Part shown: positions 48,465 through 59,424 of the stretch, piece after piece
Layout of the letters: each line of letters opens with the position of its first letter
Numbering within the stretch: the first letter of the stretch is position 1
DNA from: Phyllosticta citribraziliensis
Taxonomy: Eukaryota
DNA: 64,000 nucleotides
Assembly (NCBI RefSeq): GCF_038025025.1
Contig: NW_027117339.1
Location: 2,418,001-2,482,000, forward strand
Direction of reading: 5' to 3'
The notes under the pieces: model-generated
Seen by the model: only the letters and a program-made list of their open reading frames with translations
What the model was told of the DNA's origin: nothing
The model's database searches: none
Program-made: the position numbers and the translations under genes

Positions 48465-49146
48465 AGTCCGCAAGCCATGAACGGGGGTAGGTAGTGGCGG
48501 AGGGAGGTTGCTCGAGGCGCCCGCACTCTGAGGTGGTGGGAAGCTGCCTGTGCGCTGCGCGGTGGGACAGCCGTTGGCTCCGCGGAAGTTGATTGAATGG
48601 TCGACCAGAGTTTGGAGGTGGAGGCGCGGAGAGGTAGCTTCAGCGGAGGAATCGGCGGCAGCGTTGAGATGCAAAGGGCAAATTCCGTCTCGTGGCGGAA
48701 AGTGTTGGCGGTAAACGTGACAGCAGTCGTGGTTTGGGGTAAGTGATGGGGAGGAATTGGGAGAGCTACGATCGCGGCGTATGACGAGCGCCGCGCCCGG
48801 GCTCTTCAGATCCCAACCACCACCAGACGAACGACGCGGGACACGGCAAACGCGGTCAGCGATTGTGTGCACAAGGCCTGCCGTGTTGTTTTTTCGCCGC
48901 AAAGAGTTGCAAAATCGACGCGCACTCGCCCTTGACTGCTGCGCACTCGTCTGGTCTGGTCGTGTTACGCAACACAGCCGTCAACCCAAGGTCCTGCAGC
49001 ACCGCTGACCAGGCCTCCGCTGCCACCAAAGAATCTCTCTCCCCACCACCGTCATCGACGACCGACCACCTTTTTACCACCACCCACGCGGAACAACCCC
49101 GAAACACAGCACCCCTGTCAGCCTCCGACTTCATACCTCGTCCATC

Positions 49147-50623
49147 ATGGCTCCTGCAAACGGGCCCAATACTCCGGGCTTGCCCTCGTTCTTGAAATCA
49201 CTCAAGCACAACCCCGTCGAGTCATCGATTGAGCACCTCATATCGTGAGTCTTGCCTACCTCAAAAAATTCAGTTCCTGCTACACAACGCGCAATTACTG
49301 ACCCGTATCCTCAGACTTCTCAAGCGCCGTCAAATCCGCAACTCACGACCATGCGCCATCGCGACGACACAACTTTTGCGCCGCGTCATTCAAGATTTCA
49401 AGAGCCGGGATGTTGCGCAGCTGATGCGCCGCATTAAGGATGTTGGGACTCGGCTGGAGGAAGCGCAACCACGAGAGATCGTTGTGGGCAACATGGTACG
49501 CCGCGTTCTCGGCGTGGTGCGCGAGATTGCGGAAGAGGGCGATGGTGTTGCTAGCGAAGCAGGCGCAAATACACCACAAAGACCAGGCCTCAACTCTACC
49601 ATCTCGACGTTCCTCAAGCCCAGTGCAACCTTTTCGGGCGATTTGAGTGTACACAACGACGCCGCCAGCGACTCTACAGACCTGTCACACCGTCCCGCAC
49701 TGACCAGTTCACACACCTTCCATGGCGGCAGTCTATTTGGTCTCTTTTCCCAGGCAGAGACACCAAAGACTCCTTCACAAAGCGCGACTCCCGCCGGTTC
49801 CAGATCACCTGCTGGTGTAGGACCTCTCACGCCATCCAACCTGGCGAATCTCGACAGCACCGCCACCAAGAAAGAGGACCTCAAAGCCGAGGTGTTAGAG
49901 GGCATCAATGAGCTCCTAGACGAATTGGACCAAGTCGACGAGCAAATTGCCGAATACGCCCTCCAACACATTCACAGCGATGAGATTATTCTCACCCATA
50001 CCTCGAGCACCACGGTGCAGCGCTTCCTTCTGGCCGCAGCAAAGAAGCGCAAATTCACCGTCGTCCATGCCGAAGCTTTTCCCAACGACAGCGACAACAC
50101 ACATGCCAGGATTCTTACAGGCGGAAAGACCAACAACAACCGAGACAGCGATGACGATGAAGATGATGGATTCAAGCCTCTGACTGCTGCCGGCATCACC
50201 GTCATCTTGATTCCCGAGTCCGCCATTTTCGCCATCATGTCTCGTGTGAATAAGGTCATACTCGCCACGCACGCCGTGTTGGCGAACGGCGCACTGGTTG
50301 CTGCTGTCGGTGCCCGAGCTATCGCGCAAGCTGCCCATATGCACAAAACACCCGTCATGGTCGTTAGCGGTGTCTACAAGCTATCTCCACTGTACCACTT
50401 CAATGCGCAGGAGATGATTGAGTACGGCGACTCGAGCGCCGTGGTTCCTTACCAAAATGGCGAATTTGTCGAGACCACTGATGTCGTGAACCCGCTCTAC
50501 GACTTTGTTCCTGCCTCGCTCGTGGAGATGTACGTCACAAACCTTGGAGGACACTCGCCAAACTACCTCTACAGGATTGTGCTCGACCACTACTCCACGC
50601 ATGATATTGGCGTGAAGTCTTAA
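49147..50623 (+). CDS. GCD7: Translation initiation factor eIF2B beta subunit
   Basis: Exons 49147-49244 and 49315-50623. LLKRRQI, AQPREIVVGNMVRRVL, HIHSDEIILT, IFAIMSRVNKVIL, GVYKLSP, NPLYDFVP. Confidence 0.93.
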
Positions 50624-52820
50624 CGGTCCACTGGACCACTGGAATCCATTGCCATCGGTAGCCGGAGTTTGTTACTGGTATTGCTTGTCAGGCACTGTAC
50701 GAAATGGGAGGTTTTGGTAAAACGCTGATATCCGGAAAAGGACAGCATGGACTATTGTAGAATAGATTTGGACTCGGGCTCGAATGATAGCCTTTTTCCC
50801 TTGTCCCCTTTGCCAAGTCGTTTTCGGTTTCTTCTACTGCGAGGCTCTACACCTGTTGCGATCACCTGGGCTACATGGCGCTCGCGTCCGAGAGGTCCCC
50901 CACTGATTACTCACCAGAGGTTGCGAACAGGTATCTGATCGTTTCAAAGGTACACCGCCATTCATTGGGTGTGAACGACGAATCCAACAGGGTAATGTTA
51001 CCTGCCTCAGCGAATGGTCAATCTACGGAGCAAATTGATTGACAATATCTTCGGCGGGACGATCGATAAAGTGAGGTTAGTGAACAGATCTAAAAGTTCA
51101 AAGCTTGGACTAATTGACGGTGCTCATACTCCAAAGGGCTAGATTAGCACGACTTGCAGGGGATATGGGAGTAGTTCAAGACTTTCCCGCCACCCTTTAT
51201 CCCCGAGGTCGTTGTGACGTGCATTACTACGGCAAGGCTCACTGTCAGGCTAGCCGCGTAGCTTCGGCTCTGACTCTAGGACGGCTAGCTTCCTTGCTCG
51301 ATCAGCAATTCGACCACTTTATTCTACGGGGTTACTTGAGTCCTTGTCTGGTTGACAGCTTGGACAAGAGCGTATTGCAGACTATTCTCTTCTTTGTGTC
51401 TTTAAGCCTAATTTTTGAAAAGCTGCTAACGGCAACAAGCACATCGCCAAAAGCTTTGGTCGCGGCAAGGCTGCTCGCGGTACTTTTGCAATAAGGCTGG
51501 CGGTCGGACTCCACACCGTTGAGAGGAGTCTGGAGCAGTTAGAAGATTGGGGCAGCCCTGACTAACTCTTTAGCCAGACTTCGACCTCACGTCAGGGTGG
51601 ATTGTTGAGCACAAGGCCAACCAATCATAAAATGCCGTGGCTGACCAGCGACCGCCGGGAACAGCTGCTTGTTGCGATGATTTCTGGGCACCGGACGTTC
51701 TTCGTCTACTGATCCTGCTGTGTTTGGTGGCTCAAAAGCGTCGCAGCTGTGGATTTCGAAGCTCTGGAAAGACTGTAAGCAGTCGCGACTGACCTGCACT
51801 GCTGAAACCATTGCTGAAAAGCTTCCCTAGACGAAAATTTGACAGCAAAGGCCAATCATTTGTGTGCGATGAAGGTCGGCCGATTAGACTTCTCTTGTAC
51901 CTACACCGACATCACTCGCCGACGAACCCGCAAAGATCTCCTTTTTGCCAAGCAGGAACCAAACTTAGTCGCTCCTCCATCGACAGCCACGGGAAGACAG
52001 GAGATTTCGTGGTCCGCTCACCAGCCATGATGCATTATCCAAGATTTTACCGTTCTCTACATCAACACCGCCATCATCACATTGCAGAGGTTTGCGGTCC
52101 CCCGTCACAACATGCTGGTCTCCCAGTAGGAGGGTATTACCTGCGCTCATTCATGCCAAAATAGGCAGTCGGCTCATTTAAGAAAGTTGCGGGGGTGTGG
52201 CGGTCCGCCATGCATATACCCTGTACCTGGCGCGGAACGTCAACTCCACCACTTGCAATGCGACCTCCACACCGGCTTTCCACTGCTCTGCCTGGGCTGT
52301 TTTGCACTGTTGGTGGCCACGCTGGAGTGACCTAATTCGGAGTTCGCAGTCCGAAATCGCGACAGAAACCGCTTGTCTTACCATAAAGCGCGCGCTCACA
52401 TCGACTATCAAAGATCGGTGTTCAGCCCTCGTTCCATGTTTGATTAAGGATACAAGGAGCCTTAAGATCACGCTTTAGCCGAGATTCGCCCCATTCGTGG
52501 CTAAGCCCTTCTCAACATTGCGTCACCCTGTACCTGACTGTCAAGCTACACTGCCAGGGCCTCGACTGTTTCATGGTCGAGTAATGCACGAACTCATGAG
52601 TTGAGAGATCCGTAGACTGGACGAACAAGCGCCGTCCACTTGTAGGCTAGCATCGGTCCTCCCTGTTAACGACATTCACTCGGTGAGTAAGGTTTTGTGG
52701 AGCATTTGGGTCTATATAGTGTAGATCCATATCGCAGTCCTCCTCCTCCACCCAACCTCAGGCTCTTCCACTCTCTTGATTTCTTGATTGGCTGATTTTC
52801 GGTCTTTTCACTCATTCATC

Positions 52821-54032
52821 ATGATCCGCTCCACGATCCTTACGGTGTTTTTGTTTCTTTTGGTCCTCTCGGTGAAGGCCAGTCCTCTTCCCGATCCTTT
52901 GCCGGAAGCGGTCGCCCAGGACGATCAGTCCCAAGTAGCATGTCCACCGGCCCCTGATGGGTACCAGCCACCTCCACCGGAAGACAATGGCAATGAGAAG
53001 CCTGAAGAGAAAGCGAGGAAGAAGCAGGAGCAGGAAGAGGCGCAACGACAGAAGAAGGAGGAACTGCGAATGGAGAAAGAGAAGATGCGTGAGCGTCAGG
53101 ATGCTGAGCGTGCAAAGAAGGACGAGGAGAAGGCCCGCAAGGAAAGCAGTCAGCAACCACCTCCGCCTTCTCAAGGCAATAACAATGGTCAGGGAGGTGG
53201 TGGAGGTGGTGGAGGCGGAGAGGGTGGCGTTCGGGGAAACACAGAGCAACCACCTCCGCCACCATCTCAGCAGCCTAAAGAGGGTGGTGGTAACAATAAC
53301 AACAATCAAGGCGGTAGCCAAGGCGGCAACCAGGGTGGCGGGGGAGGTACCGAACGCCCTCCACCTAAGGAACAACCTAAGGAACAACCCCCAGGCAAAT
53401 CACCAGTTCCAAACACCACTCCCGTTGGCGACAAAGTTTATCGGGGTCCGGCTACTTTCTATGGAGGAGCTCTTGAAGGTGGAAATTGTATGATGAAGGG
53501 CTACCAATTCCCGCCAGGGGTCTACGGTGCCGCTATTGGTGGCAACAACTGGAACAACTCTGCCAACTGCGGCGCGTGCGCCGAAGTCAGGGGCAACGGC
53601 AAGAAGATTGTCGTTATGTTTGTCGACCAGTGTTCGGAGTGCGGAGACGGGCTCGATTGCTTCCCCGATGCATTCAAGCAGCTCGCCGACCCGTCCGTGG
53701 GCAAGTTCACGGTCGAATGGAACTTCGTCGAATGTCCCGTCCAAGGCCCGATTAAGATCACGGACAAGGAAGGCACCAACGAGTACTACGTCGCCATGCA
53801 AGTCCAGAACGGCAAAGAGCCCACGGAAAGCCTTGAACTCAGTCCTGATGGTGGCAAGACGTACAAGCCAACTCAGCGCGATAGTACCAACCACTTCATT
53901 CTCAACGGTGGTCCTGTCGGTGCGCAGTCTGTCGATGTGAAGGTGACGAGCAAGTCGGGCAAAGTTGCTGTCGTTCAAGGCGTTCCTGTCTCTGGAGGAG
54001 GAAAGGAAGGCCAGCAGAATTACGACGGCTAG
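52821..54032 (+). CDS. Secreted expansin-like protein (DPBB + CBM63-like domains) with charged and Gly/Pro/Gln-rich N-terminal extension
   Basis: Intronless; signal peptide MIRSTILTVFLFLLVLSVKA. GPATFYGG...GGNC...SANCGACAEV...VDQCSEC...LDCFPDAF...WNFVECP, then KEGTNEYYVAMQVQN...R...NHF. TATA-like TCTATATAG at ~52711. Confidence 0.88.
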   Translation: MIRSTILTVFLFLLVLSVKASPLPDPLPEAVAQDDQSQVACPPAPDGYQPPPPEDNGNEKPEEKARKKQEQEEAQRQKKEELRMEKEKMRERQDAERAKKDEEKARKESSQQPPPPSQGNNNGQGGGGGGGGGEGGVRGNTEQPPPPPSQQPKEGGGNNNNNQGGSQGGNQGGGGGTERPPPKEQPKEQPPGKSPVPNTTPVGDKVYRGPATFYGGALEGGNCMMKGYQFPPGVYGAAIGGNNWNNSANCGACAEVRGNGKKIVVMFVDQCSECGDGLDCFPDAFKQLADPSVGKFTVEWNFVECPVQGPIKITDKEGTNEYYVAMQVQNGKEPTESLELSPDGGKTYKPTQRDSTNHFILNGGPVGAQSVDVKVTSKSGKVAVVQGVPVSGGGKEGQQNYDG

Positions 54033-54991
54033 GGGATGAGACACTGTTGCTGCGATGCACGGCGCCCCTGGTCGACTCGTTGGCATGGCAGAGATGCTTC
54101 TCTTCGCGAAACATTTTTGGTGTTGGTGGCGGAGGAGGCCTTTTGTGTTACGATGATCATGTATTGTATTCGACAGCTGGCTGTTACCACGACGGGCGGT
54201 CTAATGCATGTGGCTTTTGTATCCATCTTCCTTCCCCTGTCATGTAAAAAGCCTCTTTTAGACGCTTCGCTATCATGAAGAACTTTTGAAACGTTCTTCC
54301 TTCCCCGCTCTTGTCCGTTGCGACTCATGAGAACGCTTGATTGGCCCTGAACATCTGCCCAAAGCATCACTTCAAATGGGGTGGTTGCAGCGATCGAGGT
54401 GGTTCCTATCACAATATTAGTGAGAAGGGCTTTGTTTGTCTGTTTCGGAATGTTACGATGCGACCACACATCGCAACAGACCGTTCGAACAATGGTAAGC
54501 TCGGGCCTAAAAATGCAAATTAGCTTTTCCTCCATCGACCGGAACTGTGAGGTGGTTTGCATTGAGCTGTTGATCGGTTATGCGATTGGTGGTTGATCGC
54601 CAAACAACGGTCTTGATTTCTTGGACCCGACTTTCTCGCTTCCTGTGACCCTTGAGTTAAATTTTGGGTACTTCAGATGCTTCCACTGAGTCAGTGAAGT
54701 TGTTTTTTCGACTAAGAGATGGTGGTAAAATGCATGGTGGTAAGTGGTACGGTTGTAGCGGGGCGGGGTCCAAACTAGGAGCGCATGTCGGCGGTTGCGG
54801 GTGGAGTTTGGCGCGAAACGAGTCGTTTCTTGTGCTTAAGCATATTCTTGACCATTCATCGGCTTCGGTTTCGAATTGGCGAGCGATTAAGGCTGTGGGA
54901 AAAGATACTGCGACCGTCCTGTTGTAAAATGCAGTATATATTTCACAATGACAGAGAACTCTTTAGCCAAGAGAACAGTTAACTGTTCTTA

Positions 54992-55080
54992 CTCCTCTTG
55001 GTGTAGTTGGTTTATCACGTTCGACTGTAATGGAATTCAATGCCATCGAAAGGTCCCTAGTTCGATTCTGGGAGGGGAGA
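54992..55080 (+). tRNA. tRNA-Tyr (GTA) with 14-nt intron (55031-55044)
   Basis: Acceptor stem CTCCTCT/AGGGGAG plus discriminator A; A-box TGGTGTAGTTGG; anticodon stem TTCGA/TCGAA with CT-GTA-A; T-arm CCTAG-TTCGATT-CTGGG; oligo-T terminators just downstream. Confidence 0.95.
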
Positions 55081-56421
55081 AACCATTCTTTTTGCCTTTT
55101 TTTGCTCCTGCTCAGAAACTCAACACGTCGTTGTTGCGAGCATTCGGAGAGCGCATTGTCCGGACTCTTTTTACTCACAACGAATGACAAATGGAATCGA
55201 GACAGTGTTGAAGACGTAGTGGCAGACGGCTCACACAGGTTCAAAAGTGCCCGAGCAAGTCGTGCAACCAACGCCGTAACAAGCACAGCCCCGAAATGGA
55301 GTTTGCCGCGCTGACAATTGAACAGTCACTGAGAATCCGCGGCTTTGGCTCGACGCAACATGCCGCTGTGCCTTTGCGATGATGCAGGCTTGACAGTTTT
55401 GAAGAATCGAGGGTACATGATCGCGATTTATATAGAGTCAGCTCGAGGCGCGCAGATGCAGGGCTGCAGGAACGCTTGGGTTGGGATGGGTGCAGGATAC
55501 ATAAGAGTCAGCAAAGCCAAGGACCAGCAAAGGTGCGTCTCGCCACTTGTGGACGAGATGACCATGTGGTGTGGTGGTGTTGGAGAAGAGCCGTCTGCAG
55601 GCGCTAAGCAACGCAACCCTGCAGCCAATCACATCGTCGACACCCACCTCGTCCCCTGCTCCGTCACACCCATCTTCGACTCGACCTCGACCAGCGCGAA
55701 GCTGAGCCCTTCAATTGGACACTCTCTCTCAACCATGCATCGCGGTCCTGTATCCACGGCGCTTCGAGCGCGCCCAAACTCTGTGCGAGACACGTTGTCC
55801 GCTGTCGTCGACCCTTTTCCAACGCGTCTGCCTCTTTTCCTTTGGCCTCATATGCGGCCGTCGCGCAACTCTTCTCTGTGCTCCTCTACAGCTCCAGCTT
55901 CTCCGCGCTGACGGCAGCACGACACTGTCAGCTTTGCTTCCAAACCCTCCAATTGGCTCCTTGACGCCTCATTGACGGCCACCTGCTCATGCCGTCTGCC
56001 TCAGAAACCTCCCGGGCATCTATTTCGGGACATCAGCCACTCCAACGTTGAGCCGCCTATCAGCAATTCTTTAGCCTGGTCAGTCCCCGGATCCATTCCC
56101 ATTTGTGCCCCTCTCCGCTACGCATCCTGTCCTGCCTGCAAGCGCTGCTGCAGCGTGCCCGCCAATCCGTGCTCCCGTACGCAAGCGCCCGTCTACTTCC
56201 CAAACATAAGCCCGCATCTCCTCTGCTCTCGAAGAGCTCTCCTTTGTCCTTTCTCCAGCAGGCCTCAGTATCACCGCGCACCATCATTACCTGTTTTTGT
56301 TCGATTCCACAATCTACGGCTTGGCCTTCGTCTAGCTGGACTGAGCGAAGCTACTTGCCTGTTTCTATTCTTTCCCTGCGTCAACTTCTCACGTCATATC
56401 TCACATCCTGACGACGACGAA

Positions 56422-58143
56422 ATGACAGTCGACGACAACAAGTTCCCGAGAGTAGGCATAACCAGCTACCCACGGCCATCGACAGAGTCTCACGCGCCAT
56501 CTCTCAAGACACCAAGAGCAGCACGCTTCGCCGAGGCAACAGCAGTGCACTCTCCAATCGAGCCACCAGAACCTCCAACAAATCACTATACCCCTCAGCC
56601 TCAGCCATCCGATTTGGGCTTTGGATACCTCAACAGCCGCCGGTCAGGACACGATTCGTGGTCAGGCGTCGAAATGGAGGAAACCGACAACAAATATCTG
56701 CCTCCACCTACCCCTAGGAGCCCCCTGAAGAGCGCCATGAAGTCGCCAGGGGCTCCGCCACGGAATGTGGACCAAGTCCTGAGTCCCACATTTAGGCAGG
56801 AGCAGATTTTGGAAAAACTGGAAGGAAATACCGAACAGGAGCAAGCAAGAGACTTGGTGAGCTTTGCCTGGTTCGCAAGTAAATATCTGCTAACCATGCT
56901 AGAAAATCAAATTTCGCGTGCGCGTCGCGAAATTCTTCCTCCGAGGCATCAACTTTAGCTGTAGTCTGATTGTCCTCTCGATGCTCGCCGCGACCTTCAC
57001 CATCTTCAACGCTACTAAGCATCTACCCCCGCGTGGTGGCTTAACTCCCTGGGCGGAAAACACCAACCCCTGGCCGCAAATATTGCTGCTCGTCATTGCC
57101 TGCATTTCACTCTTCATGGCAATTGTCATTTTGCTCGCGTACTGCCGCAAGGGAGGACACAAGAAAGCCGAGAAGCTGTCGACATACTACGGCGCTTTCG
57201 CCGTCTCGTTTTTCGTCTTCAGCATCATCATGTGGGGAGTTGGTGCCGCAGTCCTCAATCAGTCTAAAGTCAACGGCGACAGCAAAGATGTGTGGGGATG
57301 GGCTTGCAAAGACAACAAGCGCCGCGATCTGTTCGAATCCGATGTGCAGTATGCACTGGTTTGCCGCCTTCAGGTATGTGCGACCTCTACCACTTCGAGA
57401 ATACAAACTGATTCGTCCAGGACTGGTCTCTTGTCTGCTGCATTATCGAGGTCGTGGTCGAAGTCCTCTCGATCATCATCTACGGCATCGTCTTCTACCG
57501 CTTCTGGTCAAAACGCAAGCTCCGCAAGAGCATGGCAACTCGCGACCGCGCGCGCTCCGATCTCTACCTCGCACACCTTCGGTCACAGTCGGCTCCCAAC
57601 ACGCCTGGATTTGGACCGCCCCTTACCCCTGGCGACGGATGGAAGCCACCGCCAGGACACCCGCGCTACACCAGTCCCCCCAAATCACCTGGTGCTGTCA
57701 GCACGTACGAAGCGTCCGTAGCAGCCGAAAACGGCGAAGCCCCTGGTCAAACAGTTCAATACCCCCGCGGCTTCGCCGAGCCCAAGCCGTTCCAGCTCCA
57801 AGCACCGCCCATCCGCGTGCAAGGCGCCACTCCGAAGGTGCAGCAAAACGGCTTCGATGGTGCGCATGCCTCCCCTTCGCCACCTCCTGCTGGATTGGCA
57901 CAAGGTGACGGTTCCGACAACGCCGCTCAAGCCCGTGCTTCGAGCCCGCAACCACAACAACCTGCCCAGGACTTTGTTCAAGACCATGTACCCGCCGCCC
58001 CCGGAGAGCAGCAGTACGATGCTGTCCCTATTCCTGGTGCGTACGCAGGTCCCATGGCAAGTCCGACGTATCCTCCACCGCAGCAACAAAATCAACACCA
58101 GGGGTTTGACTTTGGACCCGACGTCACGGGGCAGAGATACTAG
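56422..58143 (+). CDS. Four-TM MARVEL-like membrane protein (resembles the HAM-8-type cell-fusion family)
   Basis: Exons 56422-56856, 56903-57373, 57421-58143. SLKTPRAARFAEAT, LKSAMKSPG, LSPTF; four hydrophobic helices; WGWAC...YALVCRLQDWSLVC; RDRARSDLYLAHLRSQSAPNTPGF. The HAM-8 assignment is from memory only. Confidence 0.8.
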
Positions 58144-59424
58144 AAAAAGCAAAGCAAAGCGTTGAAACAATGATGATCGCCTCGATTTTGTACAGCAGCA
58201 TGGCGGCGTGGTGGTGAGGATGAAGCAGATCGACTTTTTCCTGTCTCTTTCCAATTTTGTTGTCTTATTATACTTCCCCTTCTTGCTCACTCGCTGATGT
58301 CTGTTTTCCAATATATCCCGCCTTTTCTTCTTGTGCGAGCAGTGAGCAGATCAGATACCTTGGGTTGGATATGGGTCCCTTTTCACAACACGAGGTGGTC
58401 GAATGTGCTGATGCGGCCTGGACAGTGCAGGGCATAAGGCACGCGGTGAAGTTTGGGGACAACGACCGGTCGTGGCTGGACAAAGTTGTCGTCGGATTTT
58501 GAGTGTTAATCTGTTGGGAAGTTTAACATTATCCTCAATCAAATAAATCTTGGTGCGCGGACATGCCCTCTCTCCTTTGCCTTCCTCTTGTGGCCGGCGG
58601 TTTCTTGTGATGTACGTCCGCCCGTACTACGATTGATGCAAAAAAGCTTTTGTGGGAATCATTGAGCGGCAGACCGGGCCTCGTATGAGAGGTTGTGTAC
58701 GTGACTTGCTTTTCAGCATGTGCGAATTGGCTCTTTAGCACATTCTGGTTGCTTCTGACTCTGTTCTTGAGCGCGTGGACCTGCATCGACTGGCTTTCGG
58801 ATAAAGACTTTTCGTTTGATTGTGCCATGGACCTCGAGCACCGTCCACATCTTGCCAGCGCTTTCGTGTAATCAGGATCTGGGAAACTGGGGCCTTTGAA
58901 TGTATCGTCAAAGATGAGTGATTTTTCTTTGCTTACGGTCTGTTTCAGTTTGACTTTGAAAGACGTTTCCGGATGTCTTGATATTCTTTTGCAGCATTCT
59001 ATTCTCGCTCCTTCACAATGGGTTCCTTCTACGAAGGAGAGAGGCTTCTAGATCATGTATCTTTCCCAACTGCTGTCTTCAATTGCAGGACAATTTCAGA
59101 GTGACTTGAAGAAACTCAAGCGGCCAGAAGGACATGGAATTCGATGCCTGAGTGACATTCGATTAGAGGTGGAAAGTTAGAGTACAGCTAAGTGCTATCT
59201 ATCTCCCAATAAGATCTTTCAGACATATGACAGTCTCTTCAGCTCTCATCAAGAACGATTGGAACTCTCGTGTCTACTACATAGCGGGCAATCGATTCGC
59301 ATTTCCCGAATTCAATTCTCAATCACCTTGATTGATTAATGAGCTTCAGAAAAGGAGGATTTCGCACATCTACTCAAGTGATATTCGTATATTTAGTTCT
59401 CCAGGAATATTTACATACCCAGCT

